A stretch of 64,000 nucleotides of DNA, from the IMG/VR virus record IMGVR_UViG_3300034103_001223; one strand, given 5' to 3'. A model generated the notes under the pieces. That model did no database searches. It saw nothing but the letters and a program-made list of their open reading frames with translations, and was not told where the DNA came from. Numbering within the stretch: the stretch's first letter is position 1; the number at the start of each line of letters is the position of its first letter. A program made the translations under genes and the position numbers. The stretch is from an uncultured virus (IMG/VR IMGVR_UViG_3300034103_001223) (Duplodnaviria; Heunggongvirae; Uroviricota; Caudoviricetes). Below, one piece after another: positions 9,263-18,574 of this stretch.

Positions 9263-9498
9263 AGAAGGAAACCGGCGTGATGATTGTGAAGGATGGGAAG
9301 GGTTGGGGTGTTCCCTACTCCGACGGCCACTCGACAGCCTCAGGGTGGGTTCAACTGGAAAATGCTACGATTTACGATCCTAGATTCTGCTTAAAACCTA
9401 CGGATGTCACCTATCGCGGAAGCCATTACACCGAAGAGCTGAAGACGGGGAAGGTGGTTAATGTGGTGCGCGTAACAACCGTAACAATCCTACCATGA
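9259..9498 (+). CDS. Hypothetical protein
   Basis: GTGA-coupled ORF. Confidence 0.5.
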   Translation: MKKETGVMIVKDGKGWGVPYSDGHSTASGWVQLENATIYDPRFCLKPTDVTYRGSHYTEELKTGKVVNVVRVTTVTILP

Positions 9499-9734
9499 AA
9501 AATCGCATCAACGTATGGCGCAAAGCCATCACCAATGTCCCCCGCCAAAAGCTCCTCTCCTGCAAGGTGCTCGTCACGAGAGCCTCAACGGGCTGGCGCT
9601 GGAGGGTGATGCGGGACACCTCCCAACTGGATGCCGGAATGGAGCGCACCAAGGACGGTGCCATTGACGCAGGAGCCGCCGCCAAGAAGAGGGTGATGGG
9701 AATAACGCAGAAGCGGGAAGCGATAACGATATAG
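9495..9734 (+). CDS. Hypothetical protein
   Basis: ATGA-coupled ORF. Confidence 0.5.
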   Translation: MKNRINVWRKAITNVPRQKLLSCKVLVTRASTGWRWRVMRDTSQLDAGMERTKDGAIDAGAAAKKRVMGITQKREAITI

Positions 9735-9771
9735 CTGGACAATGTAGAAAAAGACTTCTACATACATCTAC

Positions 9772-10845
9772 ATGAGTATGACTTTCACAAAACTGTTCTC
9801 CTCAATTACCGAGAGCACCATCTGGCGGGAACCCGCCAACGTGCGACTTGTTTGGATTACCATGCTGGCAATGGCCGACCGGCGAGGTCGCGTCTGGGCG
9901 AGCCTGCCGGGGTTGGCCGACCGGGCGCGGGTGCCAGACGAAGACTGCCGCGCTGCCATCAAGACGTTCCTCTCCCCCGACGCTGACAGCCGGACACGGG
10001 AGCATGAAGGCCGTCGGATTGAAGTCATTGATGGCGGCTGGAGGTTGCTGAACCACGAGAAATACCGGGCCATCCGCGACGAGGAAGCCATCAAGGACTC
10101 GAAGCGTAACTACATAAACAAGCGTCGTGCTGCCGAAAAGCAGTCAAATGTAGAAAATGTAGAACGCGGTAGAACGCCGTCGAACGATGTATCTCAGTGT
10201 AGAGCCAATGCAGAGTCAGAAGCAGATGCAGATGCAAAAGAAAAAGAAGTAGAGCCTCCGGCTCCTTTTGATTGCCACACCTGTTCAGCCGTTTTTGGAG
10301 ATGATGAGCAAATGCCGGGAGAGCCGAAGCAGGAAAAGAAAGCTCCAAGTTTTACTACTCAGTTCATCGAAGCTTGGTGCGAGTCTTTCCTATCTGTTCG
10401 GGGTGAAAAATACCTCGTGTGCAAAGGTAAGGACCACGCTGCGGCAAAGCGCATCGCCAGCATGGGGATGCCCATAGCTGACCTGATCGCATTGGCGCGA
10501 CGGGCATGGGCTAGTAGTGGCCCGAAGTTCTGGCGCTGTGAGAAGGCTATAACCATCAGCTTCTTCGTCGGCAGCTTCAATGAAATCCGAGCCGAACTTT
10601 CAGCCAAACCAACCACATCAAATGCAATCCATAGCAAAAATCCTGCCGAGCATCCTCGAAACCGTTTCATCGCTGGAGCTGGCACCGGCCCCAGCACAAG
10701 CGAAATCATCAAGCGTAACAACGAGCGTGCCGCCGCCGAGCGTGCCGCCCGAGAAGCTGAAAGGGTTCCCGCCCCTACCGGACCAATGGCAGGCGAAGTG
10801 GCTCCAGTTGAGGAACACCCATCCGCAGGTTTTGGCAGCGTGTAA
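9772..10845 (+). CDS. Replication initiator (lambda O / replisome organiser-like)
   Basis: N-terminal FTKLFSSITESTIW..LVWITMLAMAD winged-helix-type region, internal DNA repeats, followed by a DnaC-like gene. Confidence 0.75.
   Translation: MSMTFTKLFSSITESTIWREPANVRLVWITMLAMADRRGRVWASLPGLADRARVPDEDCRAAIKTFLSPDADSRTREHEGRRIEVIDGGWRLLNHEKYRAIRDEEAIKDSKRNYINKRRAAEKQSNVENVERGRTPSNDVSQCRANAESEADADAKEKEVEPPAPFDCHTCSAVFGDDEQMPGEPKQEKKAPSFTTQFIEAWCESFLSVRGEKYLVCKGKDHAAAKRIASMGMPIADLIALARRAWASSGPKFWRCEKAITISFFVGSFNEIRAELSAKPTTSNAIHSKNPAEHPRNRFIAGAGTGPSTSEIIKRNNERAAAERAAREAERVPAPTGPMAGEVAPVEEHPSAGFGSV
10147..10255. repeat. Iteron-like repeats plus A-rich tract (candidate origin)
   Basis: AATGTAGAA twice in tandem (10147-10164), then degenerate GTAGAA/TGTAGAG/TGCAGAG copies and AAAAGAAAAAGAAG. 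Confidence 0.65.
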
Positions 10846-11344
10846 CGCCGTCCACGCCTTCGGATTCGACTGGTTCCAGCATAAGCGTGCCCGCAGGTTG
10901 GTGTTAGCGGGGCACAGTGGTTGCGGCAAGACGCAGCTAGCCAAGGCGCTTTACACCTGGGCCTCGGCTGCCTCGATGCGAGCCTACGAGAAGCGCCACT
11001 GGTCGAAGCCCCCTGGCTGCGGCTTCCTGCTTTGGCAGGAGGTGTGCGACCGGCTGGAGGACTCGCGATCCTCGATGGTGGACCTGTTGGCCGACGCTGT
11101 GACGGAGCCGCTGCTGATTGTGGATGACATCGGCGCAGAGAGCGACCGCTTCAAGTCTGGCAAAGGAGTGGACGCACTAGGCTACTTGCTTACGAGACGC
11201 CAAGACAGCGGATTCACCATGCTAACCACCAACGTCCTACCCGATGAGTGGCACAGCCGTTGGGACGAGCGAGTGCGGGACCGGATGCTCAGAGAATCCA
11301 CCGTGATTGACATGAGCGAATGCCCCTCGTGGGCCGCCCTGTAA
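10622..11344 (+). CDS. DnaC/IstB-like helicase loader ATPase
   Basis: Walker A GHSGCGKT, Walker B LLIVDDIG, TTN and RVRDRM motifs. Start uncertain. Confidence 0.85.
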   Translation: MQSIAKILPSILETVSSLELAPAPAQAKSSSVTTSVPPPSVPPEKLKGFPPLPDQWQAKWLQLRNTHPQVLAACNAVHAFGFDWFQHKRARRLVLAGHSGCGKTQLAKALYTWASAASMRAYEKRHWSKPPGCGFLLWQEVCDRLEDSRSSMVDLLADAVTEPLLIVDDIGAESDRFKSGKGVDALGYLLTRRQDSGFTMLTTNVLPDEWHSRWDERVRDRMLRESTVIDMSECPSWAAL

Positions 11345-11353
11345 AATTCCCCC

Positions 11354-11387
11354 TTGACGAATCCACCTGAGTAGCATATTTGTGACC
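11354..11387 (+). promoter_or_regulatory. Promoter-like motif, copy 1
   Basis: TTGACG-N15-CATATTTGTGACC; the same motif recurs at 13653. Confidence 0.55.
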
Positions 11388-11762
11388 ACCAGCATGAGCA
11401 CGCGCCCACCACAACCTCCCGCCAAGCAGTTCATTCATCGGCAGAGAGCTTCGGACGCGGAGCTGTTGGAGTTGTATCGCCAGCGGGATGATGTCTTCCA
11501 CAACCTTGAAGGGATAGCTCGCCGCGTGAAGGCTTTCCTTGAAGCGTCGGAGCAAGAGTATAACGCCGAGAAGGAAGTCGAGCTGACGTTCAACGCGAGG
11601 ATTCACGCTGCGAGACAGCAGGTAGAGATTCCTGTCATCGCTGTGATGCACCCAGCTAGGAACATGAAGACCCTCTACCACGCTGCCGACATTGAGTTCA
11701 AGAATCCCATTGAGACTGTCCCGATGAGGCCCGAGGACTACGAACTACCCCTTCCGCTATGA
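11382..11762 (+). CDS. Hypothetical protein
   Basis: ORF following the promoter motif; start may be ATG 11394. Confidence 0.6.
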   Translation: MTTSMSTRPPQPPAKQFIHRQRASDAELLELYRQRDDVFHNLEGIARRVKAFLEASEQEYNAEKEVELTFNARIHAARQQVEIPVIAVMHPARNMKTLYHAADIEFKNPIETVPMRPEDYELPLPL

Positions 11763-12121
11763 GCCAGACGCTAGACATCCGACCAGAGCCGAACGAGGTG
11801 GGCCGATTCCGGGTGGCCAGCCAGAACCAGCTCCAATGCGCGGCCTGCAAACACGACTTCAAGAGGAACTCCTCGATGAAGTGTCCCAAGTGTCAAGGTG
11901 AAGGGGAGCCGGTGGACTACATCATTGATGTCCGCGCTTTTTGGGGCCGGGGTGCCTGCTCGTGTTCTCAATTTAGGTGCCGCGTCCAGCCGTTTTACGA
12001 GAAGAAGGATTTCTCGGTTCCCGGATGTAAGCATCTAGTTGGAACCGGTTCTCCAGGTGCGTTCACCTTGTTCGGGCAGATGGTGGCGAGGGCTACAGGA
12101 GAGGAGCCGCAAACGACATGA
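11759..12121 (+). CDS. Zinc-finger protein (SWIM-like C-terminus)
   Basis: CAAC, CPKC and CSC..CKH motifs. Confidence 0.6.
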   Translation: MSQTLDIRPEPNEVGRFRVASQNQLQCAACKHDFKRNSSMKCPKCQGEGEPVDYIIDVRAFWGRGACSCSQFRCRVQPFYEKKDFSVPGCKHLVGTGSPGAFTLFGQMVARATGEEPQTT

Positions 12122-12492
12122 CCTTCCGAGGCTACCAAAAGAAAACCCGACCAGCTTTGTGGACAAAGCTCCGCAAGGGGCTGCACCCAAGGAGTCCGCA
12201 GAAGAAGCCCGCCCAGAAGAAGCTGCGCCAAAAACCTATCAGGAAGTGTAGCCCGCAGATGCGCAAGCTGTTGAAGGAATACCAGCGGGTGCGCGTTGAG
12301 TATCTGATTGAGCATCCTATTTGCGAGGTGTGCAACAAAGAGCCATCCGTTCAAATCCACCACAAGAAAGGTCGCGGAAAGTTGCTCTGCGAGAAGAAGT
12401 TTTTCTTGGCGATTGATGACAATTGCCACCGGAGAATCCACGAGCAGCCAGCGTGGGCGTATGAGATGGGCTACCTATTGAAAAGGATATGA
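12118..12492 (+). CDS. HNH-type nuclease-like protein
   Basis: CEVC..HHKKGR..NCHRRIH. Confidence 0.7.
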   Translation: MTFRGYQKKTRPALWTKLRKGLHPRSPQKKPAQKKLRQKPIRKCSPQMRKLLKEYQRVRVEYLIEHPICEVCNKEPSVQIHHKKGRGKLLCEKKFFLAIDDNCHRRIHEQPAWAYEMGYLLKRI

Positions 12493-12920
12493 GAGTCGAG
12501 GACATCAGAAAAGGAATGACGGTGACAGTTCGTCCAGCCGTGCGTGGAATAGCGCAGTTTGATGGGGTTGTGCTAGGCACCGCTGGAAACTTTGTGATGG
12601 TGCAGCGAGGCGAAAAGAAGGAAAGTTGGGCGGTGGGAGCGCACGAAATTTCCCCTTACGACGGCCTGACAGATTTCCAGCGAAAGATTCTGGCCGTTGT
12701 GCGGCGTATGAAAAGCGTGTCCATTGAAAGCCTTATACACGAGATTGACACCTTCAAAGCTGCCGAGACACCCCGAGAAGCTGGCGCTCAAGAAGCCGCC
12801 GTCATGCGAGCCGCAAAGCGCCACCCTCTCAGCAACTACGTCGAGGCGAAGCGTGCGGAAGGGAACAACCGCAAGGAACGCTTTTGGATTTTAACATTGA
12901 AGGAGGAGGCGAAGGTATGA
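12489..12920 (+). CDS. Hypothetical protein
   Basis: Coupled ORF. Confidence 0.55.
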   Translation: MRVEDIRKGMTVTVRPAVRGIAQFDGVVLGTAGNFVMVQRGEKKESWAVGAHEISPYDGLTDFQRKILAVVRRMKSVSIESLIHEIDTFKAAETPREAGAQEAAVMRAAKRHPLSNYVEAKRAEGNNRKERFWILTLKEEAKV

Positions 12921-13177
12921 GTGTCGAAAACTGGGAGCTGGTCAGCGATGAAAACCTGCCGCCGCTGGATCAAATCGTCTGGCTTTGGGACGGCAAAGGT
13001 ATCTGGATTGGAGGGCGCGCTGATGATTGCGACGGCTGGCTCTGGGCAAACACCTACGGAAATACTTGGTGGGACGGAAAGAAATGGAATGGCGAACTCG
13101 AAGCCGATGACGACTACAAGCCGACGCATTGGAAATCATTGCCGAAGCCGCCAATTATTCCGCAAGCAGTCAACTAA
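12917..13177 (+). CDS. DUF551-like phage protein
   Basis: W..V.DENLPP at the N-terminus and PTHWKSLPKPP at the C-terminus. Confidence 0.65.
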   Translation: MSVENWELVSDENLPPLDQIVWLWDGKGIWIGGRADDCDGWLWANTYGNTWWDGKKWNGELEADDDYKPTHWKSLPKPPIIPQAVN

Positions 13178-13182
13178 CCACC

Positions 13183-13656
13183 ATGAAACCATTCTCACAG
13201 TGGAACTCCGCCGAAGTGCTTGCCCACAATGAGCGCATCTTGCAGCAACGAACCAAGAAGTCCGCCCCCATCGGACTCATTGCAGAGTCCATCCAGAAGG
13301 AGCAGTTGAAGAAGACTCAACGGCTGGACCGCAGGCCGATCCTTGAGGCGGAGATTCAACAGCAGATAGATGATTTCCTCAAGACTCAAAGCCATCGTTG
13401 CTGGTGGGACCGTAAGAGAATGGACCAGAAAACCAGCTCAAGGATCGGAGTCCCTGATTTTGTGGGAACAATCACCGCAGCTCCAGGTTCAATCGGGATT
13501 CCGTTCGGAATCGAAGTCAAACGCCCCGGCCAGAAGCCCACCCCAGAGCAACTCGGCGAGCTGGCCTGGATGCAGAAGGCCGGAGCAAAGACCGCCGTGG
13601 TGTTCTCCTGCGACGAGGCAAAAGATTTTCTGCTAGGGTTGGTTGAAAAGAGTTGA
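13183..13656 (+). CDS. VRR-NUC domain nuclease (resolvase-like)
   Basis: EAEIQ..GVPDF..IEVKRPG..PTPEQ. Confidence 0.8.
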   Translation: MKPFSQWNSAEVLAHNERILQQRTKKSAPIGLIAESIQKEQLKKTQRLDRRPILEAEIQQQIDDFLKTQSHRCWWDRKRMDQKTSSRIGVPDFVGTITAAPGSIGIPFGIEVKRPGQKPTPEQLGELAWMQKAGAKTAVVFSCDEAKDFLLGLVEKS

Positions 13657-13686
13657 CCTGAAGATTCCAGTATCATATTTGTGACC
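13653..13686 (+). promoter_or_regulatory. Promoter-like motif, copy 2
   Basis: TTGACC-N15-CATATTTGTGACC. Confidence 0.55.
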
Positions 13687-13941
13687 TCAACAATGAAGAA
13701 GCAATCCTCCAAAAAGTTCTCCGAACACTACCTGTCGCCAATCCGCGCAGGATTGAAGGCTGGCATCACCGGCCAGATGCTCGCCGACGAATACCTCAAG
13801 ATCACCGGCCAGAAGATTGCCAAGAGCGTCGTCTATCGGTGGCTGTGCAACAAGGGCGAGCCGGTGGAGCCGCTGCTGGGGAGTGGGCTCGCTTTGAAGG
13901 CGGCATTTGAGAGGTTGAAGGCTAGAAAGGCTGCTAAATGA
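13681..13941 (+). CDS. HTH DNA-binding protein
   Basis: GITGQMLAD..SVVYRWL..EP, a Cro/XRE-like pattern. Confidence 0.55.
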   Translation: MTSTMKKQSSKKFSEHYLSPIRAGLKAGITGQMLADEYLKITGQKIAKSVVYRWLCNKGEPVEPLLGSGLALKAAFERLKARKAAK

Positions 13942-14294
13942 AGACGACTGACGGCTTGGCTCTGCAAATCGCCTTCAAGCCGAATGACCTGCGGGCGGCG
14001 ATTGTTGGCATCGTGGATGCGGCTCTTCAATACCACGGAGACATGTTCTGGCCGGACGAGCAAGCATTCAGCAACGTGCCTCCCGATTCGCGCAATGCCA
14101 TCGGCAACGGATTTAAGGTTCTCCTCCGAGCCAACATCATTGAGAAGACCGGCGCTTGGAGGAACTCCCAGCGACCAGAGCAGAAGGGGCGCATCGTGTG
14201 GGGATGGCGCTTGAAGAGTCGAGCCTTGGCGGAGACGCTGCTGAAGAACCACAACGCGGCTACTTGGAAGGGTCAGATGGAGCTGTCGCTGTGA
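13938..14294 (+). CDS. Hypothetical protein
   Basis: Coupled ORF ending QMELSL. Confidence 0.55.
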   Translation: MKTTDGLALQIAFKPNDLRAAIVGIVDAALQYHGDMFWPDEQAFSNVPPDSRNAIGNGFKVLLRANIIEKTGAWRNSQRPEQKGRIVWGWRLKSRALAETLLKNHNAATWKGQMELSL

Positions 14295-14713
14295 GCCTCC
14301 GCCACGTCCACGTCACCAAGCAAGACGACGGCAAATACTGCCTGCTGGTTGGCCCTTACAAGTCTTTGGTTGGATACCAGACCGCCGAGGCCGCTGAATT
14401 GGATGTCATCACGAGAGACGGCAGAGGGTTCGGCCTGAACTACTGTCTGCACAAGCTGTCGCACAAGCGGGCTGTCGCTCTGGCAGTGAAGCTGGACGAA
14501 TGGCTCATTGAGGTTGGTGCTTTCGAGCCTCGCGGGAAGGGTTCTGGCAAGCCCAGGCTTTCAGAGACTTCCTCCAAATATGCCGAAGCGATGGGCGTCA
14601 AGGTGAACTCGGTGAGGTCGCTTCCGAGGACGGTGGATGATGAGACATTTGCTCGCAACATGGAGGCTTCAGGAACCGCTGATGGGAGCCGCTTTTTGAG
14701 GGGGAGACATTGA
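14291..14713 (+). CDS. Hypothetical protein
   Basis: GTGA-coupled ORF. Confidence 0.5.
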   Translation: MSLRHVHVTKQDDGKYCLLVGPYKSLVGYQTAEAAELDVITRDGRGFGLNYCLHKLSHKRAVALAVKLDEWLIEVGAFEPRGKGSGKPRLSETSSKYAEAMGVKVNSVRSLPRTVDDETFARNMEASGTADGSRFLRGRH

Positions 14714-14714
14714 G

Positions 14715-15212
14715 ATGAATGCTGCACAACTAATCAATCAGGACTCTGGCGACTACGAATACTACACGCCGCCATTCATCATTGAGGCTGCGAGGAAAAC
14801 GCTTGGTAGGATTCATCTTGACCCAGCCTCAAGCGAAACCGCCAACCAGCTTGTTAGGGCGGAACGCTTTCTCTCCAGTAAGGGTTTAGAGATGCACTGG
14901 TATGGATCCGTGTTTATGAATCACCCGTTCAGCCGTGAGAACAATCCGCTCTGGATCAACAAGCTGGTTGGAAGCGTGTCGGATGGGGCTGTGTTTTCCG
15001 CCTGCTGCATCACCTATGCCGCAACTTCAGAGCAATGGTTCCGTCCGCTGCTGGATTTTCCGCAGTGCTACCTGCAACCCCGCACCAACTACTTCCTACC
15101 GGATGGCTCCGTGAAGAAAGGCGTCACGAAAGGCTCCGTCGTCACCTACATGGGGCCGAACCTGAAGCGCTTCCGTGAGGCGTTTGCTGGATTGGGAGTG
15201 GTGAAGGTATGA
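14715..15212 (+). CDS. Phage DNA N6-adenine methyltransferase
   Basis: EYYTP, LDPAS and VFMNHPF (variant of NPPY/F). Confidence 0.75.
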   Translation: MNAAQLINQDSGDYEYYTPPFIIEAARKTLGRIHLDPASSETANQLVRAERFLSSKGLEMHWYGSVFMNHPFSRENNPLWINKLVGSVSDGAVFSACCITYAATSEQWFRPLLDFPQCYLQPRTNYFLPDGSVKKGVTKGSVVTYMGPNLKRFREAFAGLGVVKV

Positions 15213-16297
15213 GCTTTTCTGTAAGGCCGTATCAGCATCAAGCCGCAGAGTGGCTCTCACGGAGGAAGCGGGGGGCAATCATTTCTCCAGCAGGTTCAGG
15301 GAAAACTCTCATGCTGGCTTACGCTTTGGACATGGCCATCAAGAGCCGTGTGAGGGGGCGCAAGGTCCGCATCGGGTGGGTGGCAAATACCAAGGAGCAG
15401 TGCCAGCAGGCGCAGAAGGCAATGGACACCTTCCCGCTAGTTGCTAGGCAGGACATCCGCATCGCCTGCGCTGCGGCAGCTACCGACTGGAGCGACCGTG
15501 ATGTTCTCATCATTGATGAAGCTCATCACCTTGCAAGCGCACTCACATGGCAGTCCCAGGTTGAAACCTGCAAGGGCGCTCTGTGGCTGATGACGGCGAC
15601 ACCTCCTGAAGACCCGGCTTTGATGGCGGTCCTGATGCGCTTCTGTGAGAAGTCCTACGTCATCTCCCGTGAAGATGTCGCCAATAATCTCGCTCCGGCA
15701 GTCGTCCGATGGCTCGACGCAACAGACCCCGGCTTAAAGGAGCCGATTGACCGGGAAATTGATCGAGTGGTTCGTATCAGGCAGCGCTATTGGAGTGGTG
15801 ATCAAGGGCAACTGTGGGGGCAGGTTGCCTGGCAGGTGGTGGTAGAGATGGGTATTGTTGCAAACGTGGCACGAAACGCTGCCGCTATTGCTGCCGCGAC
15901 CAACGACCGGCCTACGCTGGTTCTCATCAATCAGGTGGAGCACGCACACGCGCTGGCCTCGCAAATACCCGGAGCGGTGCCTTGCTACTCAGCTATGGGG
16001 GCGAAGGCTCGCAGGCAAGTGCTTGATGATTTCTTGGCTGGTAAATGCAGGTGCTTGATTGCCAGCTCCCTCGCTGACGAGGGAATGGATCTGCCAAATG
16101 CAGAGGTTCTCGTGCTGGTAAGTGCAGGCAAGTCAGCAGCCAGAACGGAGCAGCGCACCGGGCGCGTGCTAAGACAGTTCTGTGGGAAAACAACCGCTGT
16201 GATTTACGACTTCAAAGACCTCTACCACCCACTACCAGCCAAGCACGCTAGATTGCGCGGAGAGCTTTACGGGAAACTCGGTTACACAATGGTTTGA
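15209..16297 (+). CDS. SF2 DEAH helicase
   Basis: PAGSGKT, DEAHH, TAT, EGMDLP and QRTGRVLR. Confidence 0.9.
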   Translation: MSFSVRPYQHQAAEWLSRRKRGAIISPAGSGKTLMLAYALDMAIKSRVRGRKVRIGWVANTKEQCQQAQKAMDTFPLVARQDIRIACAAAATDWSDRDVLIIDEAHHLASALTWQSQVETCKGALWLMTATPPEDPALMAVLMRFCEKSYVISREDVANNLAPAVVRWLDATDPGLKEPIDREIDRVVRIRQRYWSGDQGQLWGQVAWQVVVEMGIVANVARNAAAIAAATNDRPTLVLINQVEHAHALASQIPGAVPCYSAMGAKARRQVLDDFLAGKCRCLIASSLADEGMDLPNAEVLVLVSAGKSAARTEQRTGRVLRQFCGKTTAVIYDFKDLYHPLPAKHARLRGELYGKLGYTMV

Positions 16298-16329
16298 CAA
16301 CAACCGCTTGTTGATATACAACAGGCTCC

Positions 16330-16986
16330 ATGAGCAATGAATCACAGAGAGTTCAGCCGGAAGGGCGGTCGTGCCAAAACGCCTGCGAAAACATTAGCGG
16401 GCCGGTCCAATCTGGAGAAGGCCAGGGAGGCACTGGCAAAGCGACGCCTCCAAAACATTTCAATGCCACCCACGGGCTTACAAAGTCCCGTGAATACAAG
16501 ACGTGGCTAAAGATGAAGGAGCGATGCTACAACCCTCGTGCTATCAACTTCGAGCGATACGGAGCGCGTGGCATTACTGTCTGTGATGAGTGGAGAAACT
16601 GCTTTGAACAATTCCTTGCTGATATGGGGAACAAGCCTTCTCCGAAGCACAGCATTGAGAGGGTGGACAACATGGCTGGATACTCCAAAGAGAACTGTAA
16701 GTGGGTCACGATGAAGGAGCAGAATAGAAACCGTAGAAGCAACCACTACGTCGAATACAAGGGTCAAACCAAGTCCGCCGCACAGTGGGCGGAGGATTTG
16801 AAAATTCCACACCAAACTCTTTTGATACGGCTCAATGCTGGGTGGGCTGTTGATCTTGCTATGGAAACGCCAGTGTCGAATAGCAACCGATGGGTTGGTG
16901 TTCCTGAGCATTTGAGAAGCAGGTTCGCAAAGATTGCCAGAGCCTCGAAGAATCATCCCCACCCAACCAAGAACTTTGTTCCATGA
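16330..16986 (+). CDS. HNH homing-endonuclease-like protein
   Basis: HGL..EYKTW..MKERC, YGARGITVC..W, SIERVDN..GY..ENC.W..EQNRNRR. Confidence 0.85.
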   Translation: MSNESQRVQPEGRSCQNACENISGPVQSGEGQGGTGKATPPKHFNATHGLTKSREYKTWLKMKERCYNPRAINFERYGARGITVCDEWRNCFEQFLADMGNKPSPKHSIERVDNMAGYSKENCKWVTMKEQNRNRRSNHYVEYKGQTKSAAQWAEDLKIPHQTLLIRLNAGWAVDLAMETPVSNSNRWVGVPEHLRSRFAKIARASKNHPHPTKNFVP

Positions 16987-17075
16987 AACTCCTTTTCCTC
17001 CTTGGCATCCTCCTCTGCATCGTGCTATCAACAGCCATCGCTTTTGCGAGCCTCCCTGGCCGCGACCGCGATTAG
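16983..17075 (+). CDS. 30-aa hydrophobic peptide; not in the ORF track
   Basis: MKLLFLLGILLCIVLSTAIAFASLPGRDRD*, ATGA-coupled. Confidence 0.4.
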   Translation: MKLLFLLGILLCIVLSTAIAFASLPGRDRD

Positions 17076-17159
17076 ACAAATCGTGAGTGTCGAACTTTGA
17101 CAGCGTTTCTCATACGCCCCTAGCTGGCAGGTCAGTCAGTGTCAGGCAACCACGAAGAC

Positions 17160-17198
17160 CAAAAACCCGGCAGGGTAATTCCTGCCGGGTCATTCTTT
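17160..17198. terminator. Bidirectional intrinsic terminator between convergent blocks
   Basis: ACCCGGCAGG-GTAATT-CCTGCCGGGT, with an A-run on the left and a T-rich run on the right. Confidence 0.75.
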
Positions 17199-17220
17199 CC
17201 CGCCTGTAGTTCGCGCCGGG

Positions 17221-17523
17221 TCAGGTGATTTTGTAGGCTGCTCTGGTAGCGCCGACGAAAGTAGCCCGCGCTTTGCGAATCTTCTGGTGGGTGCTGGCTC
17301 CCATCAATATCCGCTTCAAGGCGTAGTCCTCCGCGATTTCCTTCCAAGCGTCAGGAATGGCCAGCGCCACGCGGGCGTTTAGGCGGGACCGCTTCCAGAC
17401 GAGGTAGATGATGCGCTCAGAGTGCGGTCCTGCGAGGTGTTCAAGAGTCCGCTTGGTCGGGTTGTTCATCACGAGTCCCCTGGCGACGAGTGAGGCTGTG
17501 TAGTTGAGATCTTTGGGGGTCAT
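17221..17523 (-). CDS. Hypothetical protein
   Basis: Last gene of the leftward block. Confidence 0.55.
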   Translation of the reverse strand: MTPKDLNYTASLVARGLVMNNPTKRTLEHLAGPHSERIIYLVWKRSRLNARVALAIPDAWKEIAEDYALKRILMGASTHQKIRKARATFVGATRAAYKIT

Positions 17524-17735
17524 TGAGGGGAAGCCCCGTGTCGGGGCAGGCTGATTTTCTTGCCTTCGATGTTGAGCCCGTAGAACTGCGCTTCTAGGTC
17601 AATGCACCGCTGGCAGATCCACGAGGAGCACTTCATTCGGACGGCTGGGGATCCGCAGTCACAGGTGTAGCGGGAAGGGTTGGCCAGCTTCTCTTTCCGC
17701 AGTTCCTTCTGGCGGGCGTATTGGTCAGGTTTCAC
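17520..17735 (-). CDS. Small Cys-rich protein
   Basis: CDCG..C..CQRC. Confidence 0.5.
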   Translation of the reverse strand: MKPDQYARQKELRKEKLANPSRYTCDCGSPAVRMKCSSWICQRCIDLEAQFYGLNIEGKKISLPRHGASPQ

Positions 17736-17883
17736 GGATGAAAGGCTGCACGGGTTTTTCGGTCGGGTCAGGAATGTTCAGGAGTTCATCCTCGGAGATG
17801 GTCCCGGTGGCGATGTAGTTGCGGAACCAGGCTTCCGAGCGTTTCCGAAGGGCTTCCGCTTCGTCGTGGGCGGTGGTTTTCAT
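17725..17883 (-). CDS. 52-aa hypothetical protein; not in the ORF track
   Basis: MKTTAHDEAEALRKRSEAWFRNYIATG...; fills the gap between coupled genes. Confidence 0.5.
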   Translation of the reverse strand: MKTTAHDEAEALRKRSEAWFRNYIATGTISEDELLNIPDPTEKPVQPFIRET

Positions 17884-18104
17884 GGTGTTTTCGAGCGTTT
17901 CTTCTGCCAGTGGTAGCCTTTTCGGAGGGCGTCGAGGAGGGTCTTGTTGCGAGCGGTCAGGGAGGCATAGCTTCGGCCAGCCTTAAACATCTCCCGGCCA
18001 CGGGCAAAGGCTGATTCGGTATCTGAACCGGCTCCGCAGTCACCCCTCACTTCAAGGGGCTTGTGATAGCGGGGGCCGTTGTAGATTTCCTCGTGGTGCC
18101 TCAC
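17880..18104 (-). CDS. Hypothetical protein
   Basis: GTGA-coupled ORF. Confidence 0.45.
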   Translation of the reverse strand: MRHHEEIYNGPRYHKPLEVRGDCGAGSDTESAFARGREMFKAGRSYASLTARNKTLLDALRKGYHWQKKRSKTP

Positions 18105-18403
18105 TTGGCACCTCCCGTAGCTTTGGCGATGGCAGCGTCCTTCAACTCGCCCAACCACCGCTTCATGCTTTTCCCGTCAGATGTTCCAGTGTAGCCAGCC
18201 TGCCGGAACTCTGGAAGGCTGGACTCGCAGAGGTAACGACTGTGAAATGTAAGATCCAACTCCAACGCGGCCAACAAGTCAGGCGATGCCTCGAACAACT
18301 TCCCGTAGGCTTTCCCGGCCTCGTCGTTGGTGAAGGTTGCGAGTCTGGTGCGGTATTTGTCGGGACCATTGATCCCGAATCCGTCGAAACTAAGTTGGCT
18401 CAT
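18101..18403 (-). CDS. Hypothetical phage protein
   Basis: ASPDLLAALE..AAIAKATG motif common in small phage proteins. Confidence 0.65.
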   Translation of the reverse strand: MSQLSFDGFGINGPDKYRTRLATFTNDEAGKAYGKLFEASPDLLAALELDLTFHSRYLCESSLPEFRQAGYTGTSDGKSMKRWLGELKDAAIAKATGGAK

Positions 18404-18574
18404 AATGTTTTCCTATCAGTTGTTTTCCGGCCCGTAATTGAGCGCGGACTACTCCCGCCTGTCACGCGGGAGGTGTCCATTCTCAGAGTCCTTTGTCGTG
18501 ATTGTCGTCCTTCCAGTTGAAGAGCCAAGCGACGGCTCCAAAGAGAAGCCATGAGGCGAATTCTAGGAGGGGTT

